61,496 nt of DNA from an uncultured Clostridia bacterium (GCA_947632585.1 CANRPS010000004.1:1-61496), one strand, 5' to 3'. Positions 31,924 through 43,067 are shown, numbered from the stretch's first letter. The notes: a model not told the origin generated them from the letters alone. Program-made: numbers and translations.

Positions 31924-33210
31924 ATGAAAATCTTGATGTTGACATGGGAATATCCACCAAGAGTCGTAGGAGGAATAGCAAGGGTTGTAAACGATTTATC
32001 GAAAAGACTTATTAAAGATGGACATGAGGTTACTGTTATAACTTACAAAGAAGGGGATGCACCATATTTCGAGATAGATAAAGGCGTTAAGGTTTATAGA
32101 GTTGATAATTTTATGATAAATTCAAATAATTTTATAGATTGGATTATGCAACTAAATTTTCAATTAGTAGCAAAGGCTGGTGAAATAATTTCAAAAGAAG
32201 GAAAATTTGATGTAATTCATGCACATGATTGGCTTGTAGCTTATGCTGCTAAGACTATAAAGGATGCATACAACATACCTATAGTTGCAACAATACATGC
32301 AACAGAAGCAGGAAGAAATAATGGAATAAGAGAACAAGAACAAAAATATATAAATGATACAGAATGGATGCTAACATATGAAGCAACAGAAGTTATTGTA
32401 AATAGTAATTACATGAAAGGTGATTTACAAAGATTATTTGGATTACCATTTGAAAAAATAAATGTAATTCCAAACGGAATCAATATAACAAATTATTCAA
32501 GCATAGAAAGAGACTACGAATTTAGAAGAAAATATGCAATGGACAATGAAAAAATAATTTTATTTATGGGAAGACTTGTATATGAAAAGGGTGTACAATA
32601 TTTAATTGGAGCTATGCCAAAAATTTTAGAACATTATCATGATACTAAACTAGTAATAGCTGGAAAAGGTGGAATGATAGACGAATTAAGACAAGAGGTA
32701 AATAATTTAGGAATACAAAATAAAGTATATTTTACTGGATATTTAGATGGAAAAGATGTACCTAAAATGTATAAAGCATCTGATATTGCAGTTTTTCCAA
32801 GTACATACGAACCTTTTGGAATAGTTGCGTTAGAAGCAATGCAAGCTGAAATACCTGTAGTTGTATCAGATATAGGTGGACTTAATGAAATTGTAGAACA
32901 TAGAAGAACTGGAATGAAAAGCTATTGTGGTAATAGTAATTCAATTGCAGATTCTGTTTTAGAATTATTATTTGATCATCAACTTGCAAATAACATTGTA
33001 AAAGCAGCTAAATCTAAAGTTAGAAGTGATTATAATTGGAATAAAATAGCACAAGATACTCATTTTACATATCAAAAGGCTATATGTGAGACAGTTGCAG
33101 AAAGGGAAAGAAAGAAACTTATTCAAGAAAAAGAAACAAAATCAAGAAAAAAAGGCAAAGGGGAAATTACCAACTTGCTTACATTTAGAAAGAATCAAGC
33201 TTATGCGTAA
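31924..33210 (+). CDS. GT4 glycosyltransferase
   Basis: WEYPPRVVGG, HAHDW, GRLVYEKG, YEPFGIVALEAM. Confidence 0.93.
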   Translation: MKILMLTWEYPPRVVGGIARVVNDLSKRLIKDGHEVTVITYKEGDAPYFEIDKGVKVYRVDNFMINSNNFIDWIMQLNFQLVAKAGEIISKEGKFDVIHAHDWLVAYAAKTIKDAYNIPIVATIHATEAGRNNGIREQEQKYINDTEWMLTYEATEVIVNSNYMKGDLQRLFGLPFEKINVIPNGINITNYSSIERDYEFRRKYAMDNEKIILFMGRLVYEKGVQYLIGAMPKILEHYHDTKLVIAGKGGMIDELRQEVNNLGIQNKVYFTGYLDGKDVPKMYKASDIAVFPSTYEPFGIVALEAMQAEIPVVVSDIGGLNEIVEHRRTGMKSYCGNSNSIADSVLELLFDHQLANNIVKAAKSKVRSDYNWNKIAQDTHFTYQKAICETVAERERKKLIQEKETKSRKKGKGEITNLLTFRKNQAYA

Positions 33211-33251
33211 GCTTGATTTCCCGTAATGGGGGGAAAAAAGGAGGCTTAAAA

Positions 33252-33584
33252 ATGAATGTTTATGATACAGCAAACAGATTAGCTGGAGAAATAAAGAGTT
33301 CAGAAGAATATTTGAATTTCAAAAAAGCCAAAGAAGAAATAATGAAAAACAACGAATATAAAAATAAAATATCTGAATTTGAAAAATTAAGATATGAAGA
33401 ACAAATAAATGCTATACAAAGTGGAAAGACAAATGAAGAACAGATGGCTAAAATACAAAAATTATATGGAGAATTGTTAGAAATTCCAGAAATAAAAAAG
33501 TATTTTGATACAGAATTCAAATTTAACATTTTAATAGGAGATGTCAATAAAATAATAAGTGAATCTGTTAAAGATGTAATTTAA
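33252..33584 (+). CDS. YlbF/YmcA family regulator
   Basis: MNVYDTANRLA..IK.SEEY; ATG after AAGGAGG. Confidence 0.85.
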   Translation: MNVYDTANRLAGEIKSSEEYLNFKKAKEEIMKNNEYKNKISEFEKLRYEEQINAIQSGKTNEEQMAKIQKLYGELLEIPEIKKYFDTEFKFNILIGDVNKIISESVKDVI

Positions 33585-33598
33585 TTATAGGAGAAAGT

Positions 33599-34111
33599 AT
33601 GGCAAAAAAGAATATATATCCTAATGTTTATTTTTCTAGTGTTAAAGATATAACTATAGGATTTTTAATAAAAAACAAGATAAAAGCATTAATTTTAGAT
33701 ATAGATAACACTCTAATAGATTATGATAAAAATTTATCAGAAGATGTAATTAAATGGTCTAAAGATTTACAAGGACAAGGCATAAAAATGTATATTTTAT
33801 CAAATACCAATAAAGAGGAAAAAGTAAAAATGGTGGCAGAAAAACTAGAAATACCTTATGAGTTATTTGCTAAGAAACCATTTAAAGCTGGATTTCTAAG
33901 AACGCAAAAAATTTTAGGGTTAAATAGTGAAAATATAGCAGTTGTTGGTGATCAAATTTTTACAGATGTAATTGGTGGAAATAGATGTAATATGTTTACA
34001 ATATTAGTTGATCCGGTCGACAAAAAGGATTACTGGTATACAGCATGGAAAAGACCGATAGAAAATAAATTCAAAAAAAGATTAGTAAAAGGGGAGCTAA
34101 ATGTATTTTAA
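33599..34111 (+). CDS. yqeG: YqeG family HAD IIIA phosphatase
   Basis: LDIDNTL, ILSN, AKKP, VGDQIFTDVIGG. Confidence 0.9.
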   Translation: MAKKNIYPNVYFSSVKDITIGFLIKNKIKALILDIDNTLIDYDKNLSEDVIKWSKDLQGQGIKMYILSNTNKEEKVKMVAEKLEIPYELFAKKPFKAGFLRTQKILGLNSENIAVVGDQIFTDVIGGNRCNMFTILVDPVDKKDYWYTAWKRPIENKFKKRLVKGELNVF

Positions 34112-34860
34112 TGATGTTAATATAATTTATTATATAATACTTGCAATTATAGGTTTATTTGTAGGAGAATTAGTTAATTGGGCGAATAAAAGACTTCCAG
34201 AAGAAAAAAAAGTAATTTCTTTAGACATATTTAGAGAGTACAAAAAAAATTTTAGCCCTAATTATTTACTAATGATAATTACAGCTATACTTTACATAGC
34301 AATTTTATATAAATTTGGTATTAAAAGTACATTCATAGAAAATCTAAATTTAATTAAATATTTAATATTAACACCAATGCTTATAAGTGTCGTGGTAATA
34401 GATTTCAAATATCAAATTATTCCAAATAGATTAAATTTAAGTATGTTTGAATCGGGATTGATATTTGTATTTTTATATGGAATGTCTAATGTTGCTATTT
34501 CTATAAATATGATAATTGGAATGCTTGTACGGAGGAGGAATTTTTTTAGGAATTACTCTTTTAGGTGGGTTAGTTTATGGAAAAGAAGCAATGGGACTTG
34601 GAGACGTAAAATTAATGGGTGCTCTTGGTCTATATTTTGGTTTAAGCAATATAATAATTGTATCTCTTCTTTCATTTTTAGTAGGAGCAATTTTAAGTAT
34701 ACTTTTATTAATCACTAGAGTTAAAAAAACAGATGAATACATACCATTTGGACCATTTATTGTTATTGGTTCATTAATTACAATATTTGTGCCATATAAT
34801 ATTATTGTAACGATTTTATTTAATATCTTTACATTAGGATTATATAGTAAGAATCATTAA
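34101..34860 (+). CDS. Prepilin peptidase (A24 family), 252 aa if C34530 is skipped
   Basis: VIDFKYQIIPN (first Asp) in frame 0; GMLV-GGG-IFL, AMGLGDVKL (second Asp) and IPFGPFI in +1 frame. Confidence 0.88.
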
Positions 34861-34875
34861 AGAGAGGAAAGAAAA

Positions 34876-35934
34876 ATGAATGATAGATTACAGACCCTAC
34901 GCAACAAAATGGCTGGAATGAATTTACAAGGAATGATTATATCTAATCCTGTGAATATAAGATATTTGACAAAAATAGAAGCTGAAGGTTTGCTTTTAAT
35001 TACAAGAAAAGAGAATGTTTTTATAACAGATGGAAGATATATTGAATATGTATCTAATGTCATTACACCTTTTGATGACATTATTGTAGATGATCAAAAA
35101 AATGTATCTCAATATGATTATGAAAATTTTTTCTTGTTTTGTGAAAATGTAGGATTTGAAGAAAAACACTTAACTTATAGTAAATATAAAGAATATATTA
35201 GAAAATTTAAAATAAATAGTTTCATAGAGGCTGGAGAAATTTTATCAAATTTAAGAATGATAAAAGACAATGAAGAAATAGCAAGTATAAAAAGAGCATG
35301 CGAAATAACAGATGATTGTTTTGATATGCTTAAAAGCTATATAAAGCCAGGCTTAACTGAAAAACAAATTGCAAGAAAAATTAAAAAATTTTATAATGAG
35401 AATTCAGAAGGAGAAGCTTTTGATACGATAGTTGCTTCAGGAGAAAATTCTTCAAAACCTCATAGTATACCTAGTGATAGAATAGTGCAGGAAAAAGATA
35501 TTATTTTAATTGATATGGGCTGTAAAATAGATGGATATTCTTCTGATATGACAAGAACAATATTTATTGGAGAACCTACTATAGAACAAAAGAAGATATA
35601 CGATTTAGTACTTAAAAATCAAGAAAAAGTTTTAGATGAAGTAATGGAAGGTGCTAATATAAAAACAATTACCAAGGGATTAGAAAGTGATTTTGAATTA
35701 AACAATCAAGTTTTAATACATGCACTAGGACATGGAGTTGGATTAGAAATACACGAAGGACCAGTATTAAGTTCTAAAAATGACATGATGTTAAAGGAAA
35801 ATATGGTAATAACAGACGAACCAGGTATATATATACCAGGAAATTTTGGTATTAGAATAGAGGATACCATTTTGGTAACTAAGAAGGGAAACATAACATT
35901 GACAAAATCAGATAAAAAGTGTATAATACTATAG
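34876..35934 (+). CDS. Xaa-Pro aminopeptidase (M24)
   Basis: FITDGRY, IVASG..SSKPH, YSSDMTRT, HALGHGVGLEIHE, EPGIY, RIED. Confidence 0.92.
   Translation: MNDRLQTLRNKMAGMNLQGMIISNPVNIRYLTKIEAEGLLLITRKENVFITDGRYIEYVSNVITPFDDIIVDDQKNVSQYDYENFFLFCENVGFEEKHLTYSKYKEYIRKFKINSFIEAGEILSNLRMIKDNEEIASIKRACEITDDCFDMLKSYIKPGLTEKQIARKIKKFYNENSEGEAFDTIVASGENSSKPHSIPSDRIVQEKDIILIDMGCKIDGYSSDMTRTIFIGEPTIEQKKIYDLVLKNQEKVLDEVMEGANIKTITKGLESDFELNNQVLIHALGHGVGLEIHEGPVLSSKNDMMLKENMVITDEPGIYIPGNFGIRIEDTILVTKKGNITLTKSDKKCIIL
35899..35927 (+). promoter_or_regulatory. Consensus sigma-A promoter for efp inside the peptidase 3' end
   Basis: TTGACA-17 nt-TATAAT. Confidence 0.7.
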
Positions 35935-35961
35935 TCTATTAAAATAAAAGGAGGAAAAAAT

Positions 35962-36528
35962 ATGGCAGCAGTATATTCGGCAGGAGATTTTAGAAATGGA
36001 ACAACTTTTGAAATGGAAGGAAATGTATATAAAGTAGTAGAATTTCAACATGTAAAACCAGGAAAAGGTTCTGCATTTGTTAGAACAAAATTAAAAAATG
36101 TAATATCAGGAGCTGTTATTGAAAGAACATTCAATCCATCTGATAAGTTCCCTGGAGCAGAAATAGAGAAAAAAGAAATGCAATATTTATATAATGATGG
36201 TGAGTTATATTATTTTATGGACAATAATACTTATGATCAAATACCTTTAAATAAAGAACAATTGGGAGATTGTTTAAAATATTTAAAAGAAAACATGGAA
36301 GTTAAAATATTGTCTTATAAAGGAAATATATTTGCAGTTGAGCCACCAATATTTGTTGAATTAGAAGTTACTTATACTGAACCAGGATTTGCAGGAAATA
36401 CAACTACAACTTCTGGAAAACCAGCTACTTTAGAAACTGGTTTAGAACTTCAAGTTCCTATGTTTATTAATATTGGAGATGTGCTTCGAATTGATACTAG
36501 AACTTGTGAATATATGGAAAGAGTTTAG
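35962..36528 (+). CDS. efp: Elongation factor P
   Basis: [27 protein letters not shown]. Confidence 0.97.
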   Translation: MAAVYSAGDFRNGTTFEMEGNVYKVVEFQHVKPGKGSAFVRTKLKNVISGAVIERTFNPSDKFPGAEIEKKEMQYLYNDGELYYFMDNNTYDQIPLNKEQLGDCLKYLKENMEVKILSYKGNIFAVEPPIFVELEVTYTEPGFAGNTTTTSGKPATLETGLELQVPMFINIGDVLRIDTRTCEYMERV

Positions 36529-36548
36529 TTTTAAGAAAGGCAAAATAA

Positions 36549-36998
36549 ATGTTGGAGAACATAAAAAAAGAAATGAATAGCTTTTATAAAGATTTAGATG
36601 AAAATATAAAAAATGAAGAAACTTTAGAATATGTTAAAACAAGAACATCTGAATTGATTGAAGCTGTTATAAAAGAGATTGACAATTTAGTAAATTTTAA
36701 AGAAGATGCTTTAAAAGAAATTTTAAAAAGACAAGAACAAGAAAATTTAAAACTTCAAGAATTGCAAAAAAGGATTGACTATGTTTATCAAGATATATAT
36801 GAAGATGAAGATGGATTTACAATTAATTGTCCTTATTGTAATGCAGAATTTGAAGCATATGTTGATGAAGATTTAACTGAAATTAAATGCCCTGAATGTT
36901 CTAATACAATTGAACTTGATTGGACTGGAAATATTGATGATGACGATGATCATGGAGATTGCAATGGAAATTGTAACCATTGTGGTGGTTGTGAGTAA
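36549..36998 (+). CDS. Acidic coiled-coil/zinc-ribbon protein (CD1247-like, commonly downstream of efp in Clostridia)
   Basis: CPYC...CPEC and C-terminal CNGNCNHCGGC. Confidence 0.7.
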   Translation: MLENIKKEMNSFYKDLDENIKNEETLEYVKTRTSELIEAVIKEIDNLVNFKEDALKEILKRQEQENLKLQELQKRIDYVYQDIYEDEDGFTINCPYCNAEFEAYVDEDLTEIKCPECSNTIELDWTGNIDDDDDHGDCNGNCNHCGGCE

Positions 36999-37049
36999 AA
37001 ATTACCTGTAAGATATTATCTTACAGGATTTTTTTATTATGTATAAAAA

Positions 37050-37076
37050 TTTCGCAGAACTGAAAATCCTGCGAAA
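37050..37076. repeat. Second copy of the TTTCGCAG-N11-CTGCGAAA inverted repeat
   Basis: TTTCGCAG-aactgaaaatc-CTGCGAAA. Confidence 0.65.
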
Positions 37077-37127
37077 ATATTAAAAATAGTATATCATTTA
37101 TTTTTATACTTATTTGCTTATTTTCAA

Positions 37128-37361
37128 TTATTTTATTATAATATCTATTAATTTTGCATCTTGTTTTCTTATAGCAATTATTGTACCTCTAACTTCATAT
37201 GCTCTAGGATCCCCAAAAGGACTAATAAGAATAGGTTTTATTTTTGTGTTTTTTATAAAACCTAAGTCTAATAATCTTCTCTTTAAAGCATCATGTGCTT
37301 TTACATTTTCTATATATCCAGATTTATTTATAGGTAATTCATTTAATTTACATATATACAT
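37128..37361 (-). CDS. feoA: FeoA family protein (no adjacent feoB)
   Basis: RRLLDLGF, SPFGDPRAYEVRGTIIAIRK; ATG after GGAGG. Confidence 0.9.
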   Translation of the reverse strand: MYICKLNELPINKSGYIENVKAHDALKRRLLDLGFIKNTKIKPILISPFGDPRAYEVRGTIIAIRKQDAKLIDIIIK

Positions 37362-37492
37362 ATGTTCCTCCAAAATTTGTCAAATTTGTATACTATATTA
37401 TATTTTTTTTAATGTGAAAGTTGAGCATATAGCTTGACTTTTTTGCTATATTGTTATAAAAATAATGTAAAAAAATAGGAAGGAAGATAAAT

Positions 37493-37954
37493 ATGGAAAG
37501 AATACGTGGATTTGAAATTGCAAAAGGATTTGAAAATAAAGGAATTAATTTACCAGAAAGAAAAACAAAATATTCTGCAGCATATGACATAGAAGCTGCT
37601 GAAGATGTTGTTATACCTAGCTTTAAAAAGGGGATGAAACCAGTTTTAGTACCAACAGGATTAAAAGCATATATGCAAGAAGATGAAGTATTGTATTTAA
37701 TGGCTAAAAGTTCTGGTTTTTCTAAAAAAGGTATATTACTTTCAAATTGTGTAGGAGTAGTAGATGGAGATTATTATGGTAATGAAAGTAATGATGGACA
37801 TATAATGTTTTCAATGATAAATCTAAAAGAAGAAGACTTATATATAAAAAAAGGAGATGCAATAGGACAAGCTTTATTTAGCAAATATTTAATTACAGAT
37901 GGAGATAATACAGAGGGAATAAGAAAAGGCGGATTTGGTTCTACAAGCAATTAA
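37493..37954 (+). CDS. dut: dUTP diphosphatase (trimeric)
   Basis: SAAYD, LVPTG, GVVDGDYY, IGQ, RKGGFGST. Confidence 0.93.
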   Translation: MERIRGFEIAKGFENKGINLPERKTKYSAAYDIEAAEDVVIPSFKKGMKPVLVPTGLKAYMQEDEVLYLMAKSSGFSKKGILLSNCVGVVDGDYYGNESNDGHIMFSMINLKEEDLYIKKGDAIGQALFSKYLITDGDNTEGIRKGGFGSTSN

Positions 37955-37990
37955 TGTATATACATAAATAGAAGGGAAGACTAACATATT

Positions 37991-39646
37991 ATGAGATTTA
38001 TAGAAACAATAAAAAAACATAAAAAATTATTACTAGAAATAATAATAATACTAGTAATAGGATTATTTGCATTTAGCTTAACGCCTAAAACATTACAAAA
38101 TGATACTTTTTATACAGTATCAATAGGCAATCTAATCCAAGATAATGGAATAGATATGAAAGACCATTTTTCATGGCATGAAGATTTACCTTATGTGTAT
38201 CCACACTGGTTATATGATTTTTGTATGAGCTTAATATATAATGCAGGAGGATGGAACGCAATATATATATTTACTATTATATTAGCAGTAATATTAGGTA
38301 TCTCAATATATAAAGTAAATAAAGCCTTTACTAAAGGACAATGTATGTCATTTTTAATTACTATGGGAGTATTATATCTTCTAAAAGGATATATAACAGC
38401 AAGAGCACAACTTGTAACATTTATATTATTTATTTGGATTGTATATTTAATAGAAAAATTTTTAGAAAATCCAAAAAAACTACGATATGGAATAACGATT
38501 ATATTGTTTTCTATATTAATAGCTAACTTACATGTAGCAGTATGGCCATTTATATTTGTTTTATTTTTACCATATATTGGGGAATATTTTATAGGAGCTA
38601 TATCAGATTTTATAATATATAGAAAATATGAAATATGGTATAGAAAGTTAGCAATATTTTTATTTAATAAACACAATGATATACAAGAAAAAAATAGAGA
38701 GAAATTAGAAGAAATATATGAATCAAACGAAAAAAGAAAAATAAAAAGAGAAAATGAGGAACCATATAAGATAAAGGTTACAAGAAATAGAAATGTAAAG
38801 TGGCTTATAGTATTAATGATAATATGTGCTTTAACAGGATTGTTAACTCCTATTGGAACTACACCATATACTTATTTATATAAAACAATGCAAGGAGATA
38901 CGATAGCAAATATAAATGAACATTTACCTTTGACACTTATTAATAATATTCCTATTATGTGTTCTATTGTAATCGTTTTAGCATTTCTAATATTTACAAA
39001 AGTAAAGATTAAACTTTCTGATTTATTTATGATATGTGGTCTTGCTTATTTAATGTTTTCGTCTAGAAGGCAAGCATCTTTATTTGCATTAATTGGATCT
39101 GTAATATTAAATAAATTTGTAACAGAAGCAATTACGATATATAGCATGAATAAGATATTAGACCTAACTAAAGGCTTAATGCAATTTATGTGTATGGGAG
39201 CTATAATATTAGCATTTATATTACTTAGCGTAAATTATATAGAAAAAAAGAAAAAAGATCCTTTTATAAATACTGCTTCATATCCTGTAGAAGCTGCTGA
39301 ATGGATATTAAATAATTTAGATATAAATAATATAAGACTATTTAATGAATATAATTATGGTAGTTACTTATTATTTAAAGGAATCCCCGTATTTATAGAT
39401 TCAAGAGCAGATTTATATACACCAGAATTTAATGGAAATAGTAATATATTCATGGATTTTATAAATACATCTAATATTGGATTATATTATGGCTCTACTT
39501 TTGAAAAATATGATATAACACATGTAATTTTATATGCCAATTCAAAAATTAGTATGTTAATACAAAAATCAGATAGTGAAAAATACAAAAAAATATATAG
39601 TGACGATAATTTTGTAATCTATGAAGTGGAAAAAGATATAAAGTAG
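37991..39646 (+). CDS. Polytopic membrane protein, possible GT-C-fold glycosyltransferase
   Basis: Many TM helices; NDTFY, HWLYD, ARAQ, ANLH, FNEYNYGSYL, VFIDSRADLY; function is inference. Confidence 0.55.
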   Translation: MRFIETIKKHKKLLLEIIIILVIGLFAFSLTPKTLQNDTFYTVSIGNLIQDNGIDMKDHFSWHEDLPYVYPHWLYDFCMSLIYNAGGWNAIYIFTIILAVILGISIYKVNKAFTKGQCMSFLITMGVLYLLKGYITARAQLVTFILFIWIVYLIEKFLENPKKLRYGITIILFSILIANLHVAVWPFIFVLFLPYIGEYFIGAISDFIIYRKYEIWYRKLAIFLFNKHNDIQEKNREKLEEIYESNEKRKIKRENEEPYKIKVTRNRNVKWLIVLMIICALTGLLTPIGTTPYTYLYKTMQGDTIANINEHLPLTLINNIPIMCSIVIVLAFLIFTKVKIKLSDLFMICGLAYLMFSSRRQASLFALIGSVILNKFVTEAITIYSMNKILDLTKGLMQFMCMGAIILAFILLSVNYIEKKKKDPFINTASYPVEAAEWILNNLDINNIRLFNEYNYGSYLLFKGIPVFIDSRADLYTPEFNGNSNIFMDFINTSNIGLYYGSTFEKYDITHVILYANSKISMLIQKSDSEKYKKIYSDDNFVIYEVEKDIK

Positions 39647-39735
39647 CTAAAAAAATGAAGTTTTTTCTTTGAAAAGCTTGACATTACTAGGGTTTACTAA
39701 TATAATATAAAAAAAATACTTAAAAGGAGCAATAA

Positions 39736-40380
39736 ATGTCAGACCTTGAACTAAGTAATGTAGGTAATAAATATAATGATATGTCAGATGAAAGCTTATT
39801 ACAAGAGATTGCTAACAACAACAATATGGCTCTAGATTGCCTTATGGATAGATATAAAGATATTGTAAATATTAAAGCTAATAAGTTTTTCATGGTAGGC
39901 TCTGAAAGAGATGATATTTTACAAGAAGGATATATTGGTTTATATAAAGCAGTGAAATCATTTGATAAAGAAAAACAAAATTCTTTTAAAACTTTTGCAG
40001 GACTATGTATAGAAAGACAAATGATAACTGCTGTAAAAAATTCTAACCGCCAAAAACATATACCTTTAAATTCATCTGTATCTTTAAATGCTAGTGCATA
40101 TGATGAGGATGATGAAACACAAGTTCTTGATGTATTAGACACGAGAAAAATAATTGATGATCCATTGGATATAATAACTAAGAAAGAATATTTTTCAGAA
40201 GCTGAAAAGGCAATAAATAATGCTTTAAGTGACTTTGAAAAAAAAGTTTTAGAACATTATAAAAATGGTGAAAGTTATGTAGAAATAGCAAAAAAACTAG
40301 ATAGTAAAGTAAAATCAGTAGATACAGCTATTCAAAGAATAAGAAAAAAAGCAACAAAAATAAAATATCAAATAGAGTAA
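39736..40380 (+). CDS. sigH: RNA polymerase sigma factor SigH
   Basis: DILQEGYIGLYKA, SFKTFAGLCIERQMITAVK.SNRQKHIPLN, KSVDTAIQRIRKK. Confidence 0.93.
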   Translation: MSDLELSNVGNKYNDMSDESLLQEIANNNNMALDCLMDRYKDIVNIKANKFFMVGSERDDILQEGYIGLYKAVKSFDKEKQNSFKTFAGLCIERQMITAVKNSNRQKHIPLNSSVSLNASAYDEDDETQVLDVLDTRKIIDDPLDIITKKEYFSEAEKAINNALSDFEKKVLEHYKNGESYVEIAKKLDSKVKSVDTAIQRIRKKATKIKYQIE

Positions 40381-40384
40381 TAAT

Positions 40385-40428
40385 AAAAATGATGTAGAAA
40401 ATATTTTAAACTTTCTACATCATTTTTA
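40385..40428. terminator. Bidirectional terminator between sigH and mutS2
   Basis: AAAAATGATGTAGAAA...TTTCTACATCATTTTT. Confidence 0.75.
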
Positions 40429-40451
40429 TTGTAAATAATATATCTTTTTTT

Positions 40452-42818
40452 TTAGTTTAATTCAACAATTGTTACACCCATTTCACCTTCACCATATGTG
40501 CCTACTCTATATGATTTTACTTTAGGATGTTTCTTTAAAAAAGAATGTATGGCTTGTCTTAATTTACCAGTTCCTTTACCATGAATTATATGAGCTGTTG
40601 TAATATGAGCTAAAAAACAATCATCAAGAAACTTGTCAACTTGGGGAATAGCCTCAGAAGTAGTCAAACCAATTACGTTTAACTCAGAACTTGCAGTTCT
40701 TGTTTTAGAAACTTTTGAACTTGTATGTGTTTCAGTTTTAGTTAAATCATCTTTTAAGTGTCGAGGTTTTTCTAAATATTTAATATTAATATTTGTTTTA
40801 ATAAAACCAATTTGAACTTGAACTTCATCATCTTTATTTATTTTAGAAGTTATAATACCATTTTGTTCGAGTGTTGTAATATAAACTTTTTGATTTGGTT
40901 TTATTAAATCTTTTGAGATAGGGTCTATAGGTATAAAATCATTATCTTTACTTATAGATTTTTCTTTAATTGAATTATTCAATTTGTTTCTTAACTCATT
41001 TAATTTATCAATAGAATTTGAATCAGCTTCAATCTGTTTCATTTCATTAATTAATTCTGTGGCTTCAGTTTTAGCATCTAAAAGTATTTCTCTTGCTTTA
41101 ATTTTAGCATTATCAATAAATTCTTTTTCTTGCTTTTTTAGTATTGAATTATCTCTTTGAAGATTGTTTCTAAGAAGTTCAATTTGGTTAAGATTTTTTT
41201 CAATTTCTTGTTTTTCGTTTTCAATTTCAATTTTATCATCATAAATTTTCTTTAATAAAGTTTCAATATCAATATCTTGCTTATCCAAAAGTGAACGAGC
41301 TTTATCTATAATTTCAGATTTTAAACCAAGTTTTGAACTTATTTCAAAAGCATTGCTTTTTCCAGGTATACCAAGAAGCAATTTGTATGTTGGTCTTAAA
41401 TTTTGAACATCAAATTCCACACTAGCATTTTGAACATTTTCAGTTAATAAAGCATATCTTTTAAGTTCTTGATAATGTGTGGTTGCAATAGACAATATAT
41501 TTTTAGACTTAAAATATTCTAATATACTGATTGCAAGAACAGCACCTTCTAATGGATCTGTACCAGAGCCTAATTCATCTACTAAAACTAAACTTTTATC
41601 AGTTGCAATATTTACTATGTTTGAAATATTTGACATGTGACTTGAAAAAGTACTTAAAGAATCTGATATACTTTGATCATCACCTATATCTGCAAAAATT
41701 TCATCAAAAACATAAATACTTGATTTTTCATCTGCTGGAATATTTAAACCAGATGTTGCCATAAGTTCTAATAAGCCTATTGTTTTTAAAGTAACTGTCT
41801 TTCCACCAGTATTTGGTCCTGTTATTATAAGTAAAGAAAAATCTTTACCTAAATTAATAGAAATTGGAACTACTTTTTCATTTTCTATTAGAGGATGTCT
41901 TGCATTTATTAAATCAATAAACTTTTCAGAATTAATTTTAGGAGTAATGCCATTTATAGAATTTGAATATTTAGCTTTACCAAATATAAAATCTAATTTT
42001 CCAATTATAGTTACATTTTGTTTAAGTTCATTAGTATAAGGAAAAAGAATTGAACTTAAAGAATGTAGAATTTTTTCTATTTCATTATGTTCTTCAATTT
42101 TTAAGTTATTTAATTCATTATTTAATTCAAATACTGCTAATGGTTCGATAAAAATCGTAGAACCACTGCTTGACATGTCATGAATAAATCCTTTAACAAA
42201 AGAACGATATTCTTGCTTGACAGGAATAACATATCTTTCATTTCTTATTGTTACTACATTTTCTTGCATATATTTTGAATATGTAGAAGAATGAAGAATA
42301 GAATTTAATTTATTTTTTATTTCTTGTTCTATATTTAACTCTTTTTTTCTTATATTTAATAAAGTATTTGAAGCAGTGTCAGAAATAGTATTTTCATCTA
42401 TAATAGATTTCTTTATTTTATTTAAAATATTACTATTTGTGTAAAGACCTGAAAAATAGTCAGATAGATGAGAAAATTCATTTGATTTATCAAATGATTT
42501 AAAATATGAAACTAGCTCATCTGCCATCTCTAATATGTTGGAAATTGAAAGCAAAGCCTTTGCTGAAATAGTATTATAACTTTCAAGTGATTTAATATAT
42601 GGACCGATATTGTCTATTTCAGAGATGGGAGGAGTAGAATTTCTATTAATTAAATTTACAGCTTCATATGTTTCAGAAAGCATTAAATCTACATCATTAA
42701 CATTATTTGAGGGAAGAAGAGACAAAGAAATCTCTTTACCTAAATAAGTATTACAATAAGTAGATAAAATTTCTAAAATATTGTTATATTCTAATTTATT
42801 TAAGTATAATTTATTCAC
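40452..42818 (-). CDS. mutS2: MutS2 (RqcU) ATPase with Smr domain
   Basis: ITGPNTGGKTV, SLSTFSSHM, DELGSGTDP, IIHGKGTG. Confidence 0.96.
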   Translation of the reverse strand: MNKLYLNKLEYNNILEILSTYCNTYLGKEISLSLLPSNNVNDVDLMLSETYEAVNLINRNSTPPISEIDNIGPYIKSLESYNTISAKALLSISNILEMADELVSYFKSFDKSNEFSHLSDYFSGLYTNSNILNKIKKSIIDENTISDTASNTLLNIRKKELNIEQEIKNKLNSILHSSTYSKYMQENVVTIRNERYVIPVKQEYRSFVKGFIHDMSSSGSTIFIEPLAVFELNNELNNLKIEEHNEIEKILHSLSSILFPYTNELKQNVTIIGKLDFIFGKAKYSNSINGITPKINSEKFIDLINARHPLIENEKVVPISINLGKDFSLLIITGPNTGGKTVTLKTIGLLELMATSGLNIPADEKSSIYVFDEIFADIGDDQSISDSLSTFSSHMSNISNIVNIATDKSLVLVDELGSGTDPLEGAVLAISILEYFKSKNILSIATTHYQELKRYALLTENVQNASVEFDVQNLRPTYKLLLGIPGKSNAFEISSKLGLKSEIIDKARSLLDKQDIDIETLLKKIYDDKIEIENEKQEIEKNLNQIELLRNNLQRDNSILKKQEKEFIDNAKIKAREILLDAKTEATELINEMKQIEADSNSIDKLNELRNKLNNSIKEKSISKDNDFIPIDPISKDLIKPNQKVYITTLEQNGIITSKINKDDEVQVQIGFIKTNINIKYLEKPRHLKDDLTKTETHTSSKVSKTRTASSELNVIGLTTSEAIPQVDKFLDDCFLAHITTAHIIHGKGTGKLRQAIHSFLKKHPKVKSYRVGTYGEGEMGVTIVELN

Positions 42819-42931
42819 TTTTTATTAAAAACCTTTCATAATTTTTCTATATTATGTCATATAATGTGGCAAAAATCAAGTATTTATAAATGTTTGAAAT
42901 AAAATAGATGCCAAAATATTACATTTTTTTA

Positions 42932-42960
42932 TTGAAAAATATCAATAAATGTGTTATAAT
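42932..42960 (+). promoter_or_regulatory. Sigma-A promoter of the orphan ORF
   Basis: TTGAAA-17 nt-TATAAT. Confidence 0.6.
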
Positions 42961-43067
42961 AATTGTTTGATGAGGTCAATGTGCCTCTTTACATACATTC
43001 CCCCTTATCCCTAGCAGAGATGCTAGTTGAAATATAGGTTTCCCCAATAATTAATGGAAGGAGACAA

